Source: Dehalococcoidia bacterium (lineage in GTDB: Bacteria > Chloroflexota > Dehalococcoidia > Lucifugimonadales > UBA3495). Taken from it: DNA of 64,000 bases. Location of the stretch: assembly GCA_034423195.1 (NCBI GenBank), contig DAOUIZ010000051.1:56174-120173 (forward strand), written 5' to 3'. Position numbers and translations under genes: made by a program. Of this stretch, positions 44,805 to 54,687 are shown in pieces; position 1 is the first letter of the stretch; each line of letters begins with the position of its first letter. The notes under the pieces were generated by a model. That model made no database searches. It was given only the letters and a program-made list of their open reading frames with translations, and was not told where the DNA came from.

Positions 44805-46036
44805 GTTGTCGTCTGTCCAGCGACAACATCCTGTTTGAGAACGCCCTGTACCGGGTGGTCTATGACGCGGCCGGCTTGTTCCTGCCCTGCTGGCTGGCCT
44901 ACGTGGCGGCGGGCCTGGTGATGATGCTTATCCTGGTCAACGGCGTGCTGCTGGGATCTGGTATCGTTACCTGGCTGGAACGCCGGGTGTTGGGACGGCT
45001 GCAGAACCGCGTGGGTCCCAACCGCTGGGGGCCTTTCGGCATCCTCCAGCCCATCGCGGACCTCGCCAAGCTGCTCACCAAGGAAGACCTGGTCCCGGCG
45101 GGAGCCGACCGGCTGGTGTTCAACCTGGTGCCGTTGGTGATGATGGCTCCCCTGCTGTTGATGACTGCCGTAATCCCCTTCAACAGGAACACCGCCCTCG
45201 CCGACCTGAACGTCGGGGTGCTGTTCATCCTCGCCGTCAGTTCCCTGAGCACCCTGGCCGTTATCATGGCCGGCTGGTCATCCAACAACCGCTACGCCCT
45301 GTTCGGGGCCGCCCGGTCGGTGGCCGTACTCATCAGTTACGAGATACCGGTGGTGTTGTCGCTCCTCGGCGTGGTCATCGTGGCCGGTTCCATGTCGCTG
45401 GGAGACATCGTTGGCGCGCAAACGGTGCCCTTCCTGCTGGTGCAGCCCCTGGCGCTGTTTGTTTTCCTGGCGGGAATGTCGGCGGAGTTGAACCGCACGC
45501 CCTTTGACGTGGCCGAAGCCGAGTCGGAGATTATCGCCGGCTACCATACCGAGTACAGCGGAATCAAGTTCGCCCTGATTTTTGCCACGGAAACCGGGGC
45601 GATGATCGTGGTGTCCGCCACTATCTGCACCCTCTTCCTGGGAGGCTGGCACGGCCCCTTCCCCAGCTACCTGGGCTGGCTCTGGTTCCTGCTCAAGACC
45701 CTGCTGATAATCTTCGTCTTCATCTGGATCAGGGCCACCTATCCCCGGCTGAGGGTAGACCAGATAATGGCGTTTTCCTGGAAGTTCCTGCTTCCGTTGA
45801 GCCTGATTAACCTGGCGGCCACCGCTATCCAGGTGTATTTCCTGCGCGGCCCGGACGGAGCCTTATCCAGCGGCGATCTCTGGCTGATGGCCGCGATCAA
45901 CATCGTTCTCGCGGCGGTCTGCATCTTCGTTTTCGGGGACATCGTGCGGGTAAAGTCCCGCCGTGGACGCCGGGCGGTGGGTACGGCCCAGACGTCAGTT
46001 ACGGGCGCGGCCCAAGCTGGGCGGGAGGTGAGTTAA
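44801..46036 (+). CDS. nuoH: NADH-quinone oxidoreductase subunit H
   Basis: GTG overlaps the nuoD stop (GTGA), so no nuoE/F/G can lie between them. RVGPNRWGPFGILQPIADL and PFDVAEAESE motifs. Confidence 0.93.
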   Translation: MSCRLSSDNILFENALYRVVYDAAGLFLPCWLAYVAAGLVMMLILVNGVLLGSGIVTWLERRVLGRLQNRVGPNRWGPFGILQPIADLAKLLTKEDLVPAGADRLVFNLVPLVMMAPLLLMTAVIPFNRNTALADLNVGVLFILAVSSLSTLAVIMAGWSSNNRYALFGAARSVAVLISYEIPVVLSLLGVVIVAGSMSLGDIVGAQTVPFLLVQPLALFVFLAGMSAELNRTPFDVAEAESEIIAGYHTEYSGIKFALIFATETGAMIVVSATICTLFLGGWHGPFPSYLGWLWFLLKTLLIIFVFIWIRATYPRLRVDQIMAFSWKFLLPLSLINLAATAIQVYFLRGPDGALSSGDLWLMAAINIVLAAVCIFVFGDIVRVKSRRGRRAVGTAQTSVTGAAQAGREVS

Positions 46037-46627
46037 GTGTACGGAATGGGAATGGCCCGGGGTCTGCTGGTAACCCTGCGCAACCTGACGAAGAAGCCCT
46101 TCACGGTTGCCTATCCCGAGGAGCGGCTGCAGCAGCATCCCCGGTTTCGCGGAGAGGAGTTCGTCTGGTACGAGGAGCGCTGCACCGGCTGTGCGTCATG
46201 CGCCAAGTATTGTCCGCTCGGGATAATCAAGATTGTCACGGAACCCAGCGGGACCGCTCCCAGGCAGGGCGACAAGTACCGGCTGGAAGTGTTCGACATC
46301 GAGATTCAGCGCTGCATGTTCTGCGGGCTCTGCGTGGAGGCCTGCCCCTACGATTGCCTGTACATGGGCAGCGGTTTCGAGCAGGGCAAGTACAGCCGCA
46401 AGGACATGGTGATCCATGTGGACCAGTTGAGGAATTCCGACAAGCATCCCAGCACCTACTTCCGGCCCCAGCTGGAAGCGTCGGGATACAATCCCAGGGG
46501 AGGGCGTCCCCTGGACTGGAAGGAGGTTGGCCGGGAGGGGTGGCGCTGGCACCTCCGGGAAAAGACCGGTAAGCGGCTCGAAAACCTTCCCCATGGTCCA
46601 GACGCCGGGCCGGAGGACGTGGGCTAA
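46037..46627 (+). CDS. nuoI: NADH-quinone oxidoreductase subunit I
   Basis: Two ferredoxin-type motifs: CTGCASCAKYCP and CMFCGLCVEACP. Confidence 0.93.
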   Translation: MYGMGMARGLLVTLRNLTKKPFTVAYPEERLQQHPRFRGEEFVWYEERCTGCASCAKYCPLGIIKIVTEPSGTAPRQGDKYRLEVFDIEIQRCMFCGLCVEACPYDCLYMGSGFEQGKYSRKDMVIHVDQLRNSDKHPSTYFRPQLEASGYNPRGGRPLDWKEVGREGWRWHLREKTGKRLENLPHGPDAGPEDVG

Positions 46628-47215
46628 GTGCTTTTCCAGGACGTGGTTTTCTGGGCGCTGTCCGTAGTGGCGATTGCCGGTGCTGTCGGGGTGGTGCTGG
46701 TCCGGGACTTGTTCCGGGCGGCCCTCTTGCTGGCATTGGTGTTCGTCACGGTGGCCGGATTTTTCGTCCTGATGAGCGCCGAGTTCCTGGCCACGGTGCA
46801 AGTCCTGATTTACGTCGGCGCCATCTCCATCCTGTTCGTTTTCGCCGTGATGCTGACCCGGGACGTCCGGCGCGGCAACCTGCCCAACCGTCTCCAGATT
46901 CCCGCCGTCGTTCTCCCTGTTCTGTTGCTGGCAGCTATGGTCGTCACCATCATGGCTACGGACTGGCAGTTCATCCCGGAGGACGCCCGGGCCAGGGCGG
47001 ACTTGGTGCAGACTCAGTCGGTCAGCGTAGTTTCCGAGGCTGACCTGGAAGGAGCGGGTTTTGCTTCACCGGAAGAAGCCCGCGACGCCCGGGAAGCCGG
47101 GTTGGCGGACCTGCTGGTCGGCGACTTCGTTCTGGCTTTCGAGGCGGTTTCGGTGTTGCTCTTGGCGGCCCTCATCGGGGCGCTGGCGCTGGCGCGCGGG
47201 CGCCAGGGGGCCTAG
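46628..47215 (+). CDS. nuoJ: NADH-quinone oxidoreductase subunit J
   Basis: Position in the operon. TM profile with VQVLIYVGAISILFVF. Confidence 0.88.
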   Translation: MLFQDVVFWALSVVAIAGAVGVVLVRDLFRAALLLALVFVTVAGFFVLMSAEFLATVQVLIYVGAISILFVFAVMLTRDVRRGNLPNRLQIPAVVLPVLLLAAMVVTIMATDWQFIPEDARARADLVQTQSVSVVSEADLEGAGFASPEEARDAREAGLADLLVGDFVLAFEAVSVLLLAALIGALALARGRQGA

Positions 47216-47217
47216 CC

Positions 47218-47547
47218 GTGTCCCTGGAATCCATGCTCATTGTCGCCGCCGTGCTCTTTTGCATCGGGCTTTACGGCGCGCTGGCCCGGAGCAACGTCAT
47301 TGCCGTCCTGATGTCCATCGAGCTGATGTTCAACGGCGTCAATCTGACCTTTGTCGCGATGGGACGTTACCTTGCGCCCCAGGCCCTCCAGGACACCATC
47401 GCCAGCGTTCTGACCGGGCAGGTGTTCGCCGTCTTCGTAATATCCGTGGCCGCCGCCGAGATCGCCCTCGGCCTTGGGATTGTGTTTGCCATGTACCGCA
47501 GCAGCCAGTCGGTCGACCTGACCGACGCCGCCAGGTTGAGACACTGA
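47218..47547 (+). CDS. nuoK: NADH-quinone oxidoreductase subunit K
   Basis: 109 aa, three TM helices, conserved Glu in MSIELMFNGVNL and AAAEIALGL. Confidence 0.9.
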   Translation: MSLESMLIVAAVLFCIGLYGALARSNVIAVLMSIELMFNGVNLTFVAMGRYLAPQALQDTIASVLTGQVFAVFVISVAAAEIALGLGIVFAMYRSSQSVDLTDAARLRH

Positions 47548-47665
47548 CATGCCCGGGAAGGTCTGCATTCTGGTGTTGAAGCGGGGCAGGGAACCGGGCA
47601 CTGCCCTGCCGGAAGCCGCCGATTCCGGCGGGTACGGGTCCGGGCTGCGGGTCGGAATTTAGAAT

Positions 47666-47860
47666 ATGTGGGTCGAATTCAAGCGGGCTCCCAACCTGAT
47701 GATGGCCGAAATGTGGAAAGACGTCCTGGAAGGGGAAGGCTTGCCCACGCGGATTCTTCCTGAAGGGGACATCCGGGACTGGGCCGAGCTGGTGCCTTTC
47801 CGCGTCTACGTGCCCAAGGGACGGGAGCACGTGGCCGAAGAGATACTGAGGAAGCTGTAG
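47666..47860 (+). CDS. small DUF2007-like protein inserted in the nuo operon
   Basis: 64-aa ORF. NLMMAEMWKDVLEGEGLPTRI resembles the DUF2007 N-terminal pattern. Its stop abuts the nuoL ATG (TAGATG). Confidence 0.55.
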   Translation: MWVEFKRAPNLMMAEMWKDVLEGEGLPTRILPEGDIRDWAELVPFRVYVPKGREHVAEEILRKL

Positions 47861-49915
47861 ATGATCGCCGAGTGGGTCGTCTGGCTCGTCTTCCTCCTTC
47901 CGCTGGCCGCGTTTGCCATCATTTCGCTGGTGATAAGGCCCTTCCTGGACCGCTTCTCCCTGCTCAGCGGGCTTCTTCTATCCGCCAGCCTGCTGGTCTC
48001 GTTCCTGATCTCGGTCTGGCTGCTGTGGCAGAACGCCCACGGGATGCACCTGGAGTACGAACCGCACCTGTGGCTGGACCTGGGGAACTCCAGCATTTCC
48101 TTCGGCCTGCTTCTGGACCCGGTCACCACGGTGATGCTGGTCGTTGTGACCGGAATCAGCCTCCTGGTCCAGGTCTATTCGCTGGGATACATGAAGGACG
48201 ATCCCGGCTTTTCCCGATATTTCGCCTACATGGCACTGTTCACCGCCTCGATGCTGGGGCTGACCCTGGCCAGCAACATCGTCCAGCTCTACTTCTTCTG
48301 GGAGCTGGTCGGCATCTCGTCCTATTTGCTCATCGGGTTCTGGCACCACCGGCCGGCGGCCGCCGCAGCCGCCAAGAAGGCGTTCATCATCACCCGCGTC
48401 GGCGACGTCGGGTTCCTGATGGCCATCATCTACCTGTTCGTCCAGGGGGATGAATTCGCCGCCGCCGGGATGAACTCGCTGCATATCCCCCACATCCTCG
48501 AAGCTGCCGCGGTCAGCGGGATCGGGTTCGGGGTCTATTCCCTGCCCCTGGTGGCCCTGGGCATCTTCGCCGGGGCCGCCGGCAAGTCAGGCCAGTTCCC
48601 CTTCCATACCTGGCTGCCGGACGCGATGGAGGGCCCGACGCCCGTCAGCGCGCTGATTCACGCCGCGACGATGGTCGCCGCCGGCGTTTTCCTCGTCGCC
48701 CGGTTCTACCCCCTGTTCGAAGCCTCGCGGGAGGTCATGACCGTCGTGGCGCTGGTGGGGGCGTTCACCGCCTTCATGGCGGCGACCATGGGGCTGGTGA
48801 TGAACGACATTAAGCGGGTCATGGCCTACTCCACCGTCAGCCAGTTGGGCTACATGATGGCGGCCCTGGGAGTGGGCGCGTTCCCCGCCGCCCTGTTCCA
48901 CCTCTTCACCCACGCCTTCTTCAAGGCCCTGCTGTTCCTGGGAGCGGGTAGCGTCAACCACGCCGCCGGGACCTTCAACATGCGCTACATGGGCGGCCTG
49001 GCCCGCCAGATGCCCTGGACTTACGCAACGACGCTGGCCGGGGCATTGAGCCTCGTGGGCGTGGTCCCATTTGCCGGTTTCTGGAGCAAGGACGAGATTA
49101 TCGCCGGAGCGTCCCTGGCGGGGAATGTCATCGACCCCGGGCTGGGGATGGTCGTTTACGCCCTGCTGCTGGCTGGTGTCTTCCTCACCGGACTGTACAC
49201 CTTCCGGATGGTTTACCTCACCTTCCACGGCCGGTTCCGTGGCGGCGGCGTCCAGGAACTGCTGGACGCCAGGCAAACCGGCCAACCGCCGTCGTCCGGG
49301 GTGTCCGAGCATGTGCATCTCGCCGAGTCCCCGGCCGTCATGGTGGTGCCGCTGGTGATACTCGGGTTTGCCGCGGTGGTCGTCGGTTACCTCGTCAATC
49401 CCCAGTGGGTTGAAAGCTTCCTCATGATTCCCAAGCATTGGATCACCGAGTACGTGGCGGAGGCTCTCGTTTTCAGTCACCCCGAGCTGCACGACTTCGA
49501 CATCCTGACGGCGGCGGTTTCCACGGCGGTGGCGTTGGCCGGCATAGCGGTAGCATCCGTTCTTTACATAAGAGTCACGCGGTCGATTGAAGGCGATCTC
49601 AGGGAGCCGATGGAGCGCGGGGGGTTCCTCCACAAGCTGGTCGCCCAGAAATACTACATGGACGCTCTGTATGAAGCCCTGCTGGTCCGAAAAGTGTTCT
49701 ACGGGTGGTTTGTTGCAGCGGCGGACTGGATAGACCGGAATATCGTGGATGGACTGGTAGACCTGGCCGGCAGCGCGACCCGTTCCGTGGGCCGGGTCAC
49801 CGCCCAGTTCCAGACCGGGCAGGTCCAGTTCTACGGCGCCTTCCTCCTGATGGGCGTCATCGTCATCGTGGTCGGATACTTCGTTTTCGGCCGGCCGGGA
49901 CCGGGTTCGCCGTGA
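47861..49915 (+). CDS. nuoL: NADH-quinone oxidoreductase subunit L
   Basis: 684 aa antiporter-like subunit. WELVGISSYLLIGFW and SGQFPFHTWLPDAMEGPTPVSALIHAATMV motifs. Confidence 0.94.
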   Translation: MIAEWVVWLVFLLPLAAFAIISLVIRPFLDRFSLLSGLLLSASLLVSFLISVWLLWQNAHGMHLEYEPHLWLDLGNSSISFGLLLDPVTTVMLVVVTGISLLVQVYSLGYMKDDPGFSRYFAYMALFTASMLGLTLASNIVQLYFFWELVGISSYLLIGFWHHRPAAAAAAKKAFIITRVGDVGFLMAIIYLFVQGDEFAAAGMNSLHIPHILEAAAVSGIGFGVYSLPLVALGIFAGAAGKSGQFPFHTWLPDAMEGPTPVSALIHAATMVAAGVFLVARFYPLFEASREVMTVVALVGAFTAFMAATMGLVMNDIKRVMAYSTVSQLGYMMAALGVGAFPAALFHLFTHAFFKALLFLGAGSVNHAAGTFNMRYMGGLARQMPWTYATTLAGALSLVGVVPFAGFWSKDEIIAGASLAGNVIDPGLGMVVYALLLAGVFLTGLYTFRMVYLTFHGRFRGGGVQELLDARQTGQPPSSGVSEHVHLAESPAVMVVPLVILGFAAVVVGYLVNPQWVESFLMIPKHWITEYVAEALVFSHPELHDFDILTAAVSTAVALAGIAVASVLYIRVTRSIEGDLREPMERGGFLHKLVAQKYYMDALYEALLVRKVFYGWFVAAADWIDRNIVDGLVDLAGSATRSVGRVTAQFQTGQVQFYGAFLLMGVIVIVVGYFVFGRPGPGSP

Positions 49916-51462
49916 TTGTCCAGTTCAGCGGCCTGATGACCGCCACTGTCTTCCTGCCCGCCATCGGAGCGCTGGCGATTCTGTTCCTCTTGCGCGGGGA
50001 CTCGGCCGTGCGCCGGTTCGCCGCGGTGGTGGCCCTGGCCGATCTCCTGCTGGCTGGATACGTCTTCGCCGTGAACCTGCCCGGCGGTGAGACCACCCGT
50101 TCGCTGCTCACGGATCGGGTGGACTGGATCGTCACCGACAAGTTCGCCGCCAGTTATTTCCTCCATGCGGACGGGTTGAGCGCCCCCCTGATTCTCCTGA
50201 CCGGGATGCTGGGCCTGTGCGCCGTCCTGGTTTCGTGGAGCGTCACCGTCCGGGTCAAGGAGTATTTCGTCTGGCTGCTGGTCCTGCAGACCGCGGTGAT
50301 GGGGGTGTTCGCCGCCAACGACCTGTTGCTGTTCTTCCTTTTCTGGGAGCTGGAACTGGTCCCCATGTACATGCTCATCTCCACCTGGGGAACGGGACGC
50401 CGGGAATACTCGGCGATGAAGTTCCTGATATTTACCATCCTCGGCAGTGCGGCCATGCTGGTGGCGATAGTGGCGGTGTTCATCAACTTTGAACCCGCCC
50501 ACCTGTGGCTGGCATCCCCCCCGGGTTCCCTCCAGGCCGCCGGATCGCTGGCGGTCCCTATGGCGGCTGTCTTCTGGCTGTTCTTCATAGCTTTCGCCAT
50601 CAAGCTGCCGGTCTGGCCGGTCCACACCTGGCTTCCCGACGCCCACACCGACGCCCCGACCGCCGCCAGCGTCATGCTGGCGGGAGTGATGCTGAAGATG
50701 GGCGGTTACGGTCTTCTCCGCATCAACGCGGGGCTATTCCCTGAGCACACGGCGGAGTTCGCCTGGTTTCTGATGCTGCTGGGGGTGATCAGCGTCCTCT
50801 ACGGCGCGGTGGTCACTCTCCGCCAGACCGACCTGAAGCGGCTGATTGCCTATTCCAGCGTCAGCCACATGGGGCTGGTGCTCTGCGGAATCGCCTCGGT
50901 GGGGATAACGTCCGGCGAGTTGAGCCCGGCCGGGTTGAATGGAGCGGCGATGCAGCTCTTCACCCACGGCACCATCACCGGGCTGCTCTTCGTCTGCGTG
51001 GGTCTGGTTTACGAGCGCACCCACACCCGCTATATTCCCGACCTCGGGGGTCTTGCCAACCGGATGCCCCGGGTCACCATCGCCTTCCTCATTGCCGGGT
51101 TCGCCTCGCTGGGCCTCCCTGGGTTGAGCGGCTTTGTATCGGAAATTCTGGTGTTCTTCGGGGCCTTTGCCGCCTTCCCCTGGATGACCGCCCTGGCCGT
51201 GCTGGGCATTATCCTGGCCGCGGGATACATTCTGTGGATGGTGCAGCGGACCCTGTTCGGACCCCGCAGAGAGCAGTTTGACCGGCTTCCCGACGCGACC
51301 TGGCTGGAGACGGTCCCCCTGGCCCTTCTCGTCATCGCCATCGTGGTGGTGGGAGTCTTCCCGGGGTTCCTGGTGAATATGTTTGAGACGGAGCTGGAGT
51401 CCACGGCCAATGCGATACAGTCCCTGCGCCAGACCGCCTCGGCGCACCTGGCGGGCCCCTAG
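49912..51462 (+). CDS. nuoM: NADH-quinone oxidoreductase subunit M
   Basis: GTG overlaps the nuoL stop. FFLFWELELVPMY and WLPDAHTDAPTAASVMLAGVMLKMGGYG motifs. Alternative ATG at 49936. Confidence 0.92.
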   Translation: MIVQFSGLMTATVFLPAIGALAILFLLRGDSAVRRFAAVVALADLLLAGYVFAVNLPGGETTRSLLTDRVDWIVTDKFAASYFLHADGLSAPLILLTGMLGLCAVLVSWSVTVRVKEYFVWLLVLQTAVMGVFAANDLLLFFLFWELELVPMYMLISTWGTGRREYSAMKFLIFTILGSAAMLVAIVAVFINFEPAHLWLASPPGSLQAAGSLAVPMAAVFWLFFIAFAIKLPVWPVHTWLPDAHTDAPTAASVMLAGVMLKMGGYGLLRINAGLFPEHTAEFAWFLMLLGVISVLYGAVVTLRQTDLKRLIAYSSVSHMGLVLCGIASVGITSGELSPAGLNGAAMQLFTHGTITGLLFVCVGLVYERTHTRYIPDLGGLANRMPRVTIAFLIAGFASLGLPGLSGFVSEILVFFGAFAAFPWMTALAVLGIILAAGYILWMVQRTLFGPRREQFDRLPDATWLETVPLALLVIAIVVVGVFPGFLVNMFETELESTANAIQSLRQTASAHLAGP

Positions 51463-51474
51463 CGGCGGCTGGTA

Positions 51475-52998
51475 ATGACTGTCCACGACCTATATCTCCT
51501 ATCGCCTATGCTGGCCCTGGCCGCCTTGGGCATCCTCGTGATTCTGCTGGACCTGGTGGTTCCCCGCCGGACGCCGGTACAGGCCCTGGCCTTCGCCGGA
51601 CTGGCCGTCCCCGCCTTTCTCGTGGTGGCGCAGCTGGTCGACCTGGACCGCTCCGCCGTCGCCAACCTGGTGGGCGATGGCAGCGTCCTCGTATCCACCC
51701 TGTCGGTGGACCGCTTTTCAGCCTTCTTCGGCCTGGTCGTCCTGGCCTGCGCCGCCGTCGTCATCCTGGGTTCCACCGACTATCTCCAGTTCATCGACCG
51801 GAACCACGGCGAGTTCTTTGGGCTGATTCTGCTGTCCGCCGCCGGAATGATGCTGATGGTGGCCGCCACCGAACTGATAACCATCTACGTCGCGCTGGAG
51901 TTGACCACCCTTCCTCTCGCGGCCCTGGGCGCATTGCTGATGAGCTCCCGCTCCGCCGAAGCCGGAATGAAGTTTCTCATCATCGGCGCCATCAGCTCGG
52001 CCATTATGCTGTACGGCATGGCCCTCATCTTCGGCTACACCGGAAGCACAACCCTCACGGGGATTGCGGCCGGCATATCCGAGAGCGCGGGGCAGATTTC
52101 AGGACAAGCCACCGGCGGAGGCCTTCCCGCCGGCAGTTACGCCCCGCTGCTGGGAATGGTCCTGCTGGTGGTGGGGTTCGGATTCAAGCTCTCCGCCGTG
52201 CCCTTCCAGATGTGGGTGCCCGATGTCTACGAGGGAGCTCCGACGCCCGTGGTTGCGTTCCTTTCCGTCGCCAGCAAGGCGGCGGCCTTCGGGCTGGTCC
52301 TGCGGTTCTTCTACACCGGACTCGGGGAAATGGACCTGGACTGGGGACTCTTGCTGGCCATCCTTGCCGCTGCTTCCATGACCGTGGGAAACCTGGCCGC
52401 CATCGCCCAGTCCAACATCAAGCGCCTGCTGGGGTACAGCACCATCGCCCATGCCGGGTACATCCTCATTGGAGTGGCGGCTGTCGCCCAGGGCGGTGAG
52501 ACGACCGGCCCCAACAGCGTGCTGTTCTACGTGGCGGCCTACGCGGCAACCAATCTCACCGCCTTTATTGCCATCATCCTCGTCAGCAGCCGGGTCCAGA
52601 GCGACCGCATTGATGATTACGCCGGCCTGGTGCGGCGGGCCCCGCTGCTGGCGGTGGCCTTGACGCTGGCCCTGGTGGCCCTCATCGGAGTCCCGCCGAC
52701 CGGCATATTCGTGGCGAAAATCTATGTGTTCACGGCGGCGGTGAACTCCGGGTTGACCTGGCTAGCGGTCCTGGGGGTGGTCAACAGCGTCGTATCAGCC
52801 TACTACTACGTCCGGGTGATACGGGTCATGTTCACCGGCGAAGCGGAGTCCCAGGAACGGATCCCCACCGCGCTGGCCGGACGCTTCGCCCTGCTGGTTG
52901 CCGCCGCCGTAGTGGTCTGGCTGGGCGTGCTTCCCAACCCGGTGCTGGCCGCGGCGGAAAGCGCGGTGTCGTCCATCCCGGGAATCGGATTGCGGTAG
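51475..52998 (+). CDS. nuoN: NADH-quinone oxidoreductase subunit N
   Basis: FKLSAVPFQMWVPDVYEGAPTPVVAFLSVASK motif. 507 aa. Confidence 0.92.
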   Translation: MTVHDLYLLSPMLALAALGILVILLDLVVPRRTPVQALAFAGLAVPAFLVVAQLVDLDRSAVANLVGDGSVLVSTLSVDRFSAFFGLVVLACAAVVILGSTDYLQFIDRNHGEFFGLILLSAAGMMLMVAATELITIYVALELTTLPLAALGALLMSSRSAEAGMKFLIIGAISSAIMLYGMALIFGYTGSTTLTGIAAGISESAGQISGQATGGGLPAGSYAPLLGMVLLVVGFGFKLSAVPFQMWVPDVYEGAPTPVVAFLSVASKAAAFGLVLRFFYTGLGEMDLDWGLLLAILAAASMTVGNLAAIAQSNIKRLLGYSTIAHAGYILIGVAAVAQGGETTGPNSVLFYVAAYAATNLTAFIAIILVSSRVQSDRIDDYAGLVRRAPLLAVALTLALVALIGVPPTGIFVAKIYVFTAAVNSGLTWLAVLGVVNSVVSAYYYVRVIRVMFTGEAESQERIPTALAGRFALLVAAAVVVWLGVLPNPVLAAAESAVSSIPGIGLR

Positions 52999-53186
52999 GA
53001 AGAGCTTACGGCGGAGGCGGTTTGTCCCCGCCGGTTGGAGCATATCCACATTTATCCGGCCCTGTCGAGTTTGAATACGCAAAGGGAAAGTGCTAGACTC
53101 CCCCTGTTTGTCCCCGGCGGAGGAGCGCCGCGGGTGCCTTTCGCCATCCCACGCAGCCACCATTTCGCCGGGCCGTTGAGTCCTCA

Positions 53187-54053
53187 ATGAAGACTGTAGG
53201 CTTGATATACAACGCGGGGATTCCCGAGGCGCTGGACCTGGGCAGCGCCATAATCAATGAGCTGTCCCTGGAAAAGAACAGCTGGATGTCCCCGGCGGAA
53301 AACCTGGACCTGCTCCGGGAACGGGTGCCGGAGACCGACCTGGTGATTACCGCCGGCGGGGATGGAACGATCCTGCGGGCGGTGAAGGTCACGGCTCCAA
53401 CGGGCATTCCCATCGTTGGGATCAACATGGGCCGGCTCGGCTTCATGACGGAGCTGCAGGTCCACGACGCCTTGGAGCGGCTTCCCCTGTACCTCGACGG
53501 CGGCTGTCGCGTTGACGAGCACAACATGGTGCAGGCCCGGCTTTTCCGCGGCTCCAACGGTTCCCGCGAGGTGCTTGGACCGTTCCCGGCGTTGAACGAC
53601 GTGGTGTTGGGCCGGGGTTCCATCTCCCGGGTGGTCACCATCCGAACTTCGGTGGACGGCGCAGATGTGGCGTCCCTGCGGGCCGACGGCATCATCCTTT
53701 CAACGGCCACCGGCAGCACCGGATACAGCCTGGCGGTGGGCGGCCCAATCATGGACCCGTTGTCCGAGTCGCTGGTATTGAAGCCGATTGCGGCCCACGT
53801 TGGCCTTTCCGCCGCCCTGGTGCTGGCCCCGGCTGCCCGGGTTGGATTGCACCTAGAGGGCCTGCAGCCCGCGGTGATGAGCGTCGATGGGTATGTGGAT
53901 CTTGAGGTCAGCCCCGGAGATTGGGTCGAGATCGAGCAAAGCCCCCTCCGCGCCCGCTTCCTGCGGGCCAATCCCAAGAACCATTTCTACGCCACCATCA
54001 CCCGCCGCCTGGGATTCAGCATCAGGGGCCAGGGAGGGTTGGACCGTGTCTGA
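53187..54053 (+). CDS. nadK: NAD kinase
   Basis: GGDGTILRA, GINMGRLGFMTE and TGSTGYSLAVGGPI motifs. Confidence 0.92.
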   Translation: MKTVGLIYNAGIPEALDLGSAIINELSLEKNSWMSPAENLDLLRERVPETDLVITAGGDGTILRAVKVTAPTGIPIVGINMGRLGFMTELQVHDALERLPLYLDGGCRVDEHNMVQARLFRGSNGSREVLGPFPALNDVVLGRGSISRVVTIRTSVDGADVASLRADGIILSTATGSTGYSLAVGGPIMDPLSESLVLKPIAAHVGLSAALVLAPAARVGLHLEGLQPAVMSVDGYVDLEVSPGDWVEIEQSPLRARFLRANPKNHFYATITRRLGFSIRGQGGLDRV

Positions 54054-54600
54054 TAATGCAGGCTCTTTGACCGAGACCACGCTTTCCAGCGAGGTCATGT
54101 ACCGGGGCCGTATCCTCAACCTGCGGGTGGATACCGTCCAGCTTCCCTCAGGACGGATTGCGGCCCGTGAGGTGGCCGAGCACAGCGACTCTATCTGCGT
54201 GGTCCCCATCGACGACGACGGCAATATCGTCATGGTGCGCCAGTTCCGTACCCCCACCGGCGGGCCGCTGCTGGAGCTCCCGGCCGGCGGCGTGGAGCCG
54301 GGCGAAATCTCCGGCGAGACCGTTCAGCGGGAGTTGCAAGAGGAGATCGGCCACCGGGCCGCTGACATTCAACGCCTTACGGGATTCTGGCTGGCCCCCG
54401 GCTGGTGCGACGAGTTCATGCACGCCTACCTGGCGACGGGCCTGACGCCCTCGAAACTCCCCGGGGACGACGACGAGAACATCGCCGTGGAGCGGGTATC
54501 CTTCCCCCAGGCCCTGGATTTCATCGCTGATGGGACCATCAGCGACGCCAAGAGCATCGCCGGTCTGTTGCTGGCAATGCGGGTTTTGGGGGACAATTAG
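54046..54600 (+). CDS. NUDIX hydrolase (ADP-ribose pyrophosphatase-like)
   Basis: GTG overlaps the nadK 3' end. YRGRILNLRVDTV N-terminus and Nudix box GGVEPGEISGETVQRELQEEIG. Confidence 0.85.
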   Translation: MSDNAGSLTETTLSSEVMYRGRILNLRVDTVQLPSGRIAAREVAEHSDSICVVPIDDDGNIVMVRQFRTPTGGPLLELPAGGVEPGEISGETVQRELQEEIGHRAADIQRLTGFWLAPGWCDEFMHAYLATGLTPSKLPGDDDENIAVERVSFPQALDFIADGTISDAKSIAGLLLAMRVLGDN

Positions 54601-54687
54601 CCCCGGTTCGCCGGGAATATCGCAAGCCACTCCCTGGACCCACCCGGTGGCGGGCAGCGGAAGAGAAATAGGTAGAACGAGGAAAAA

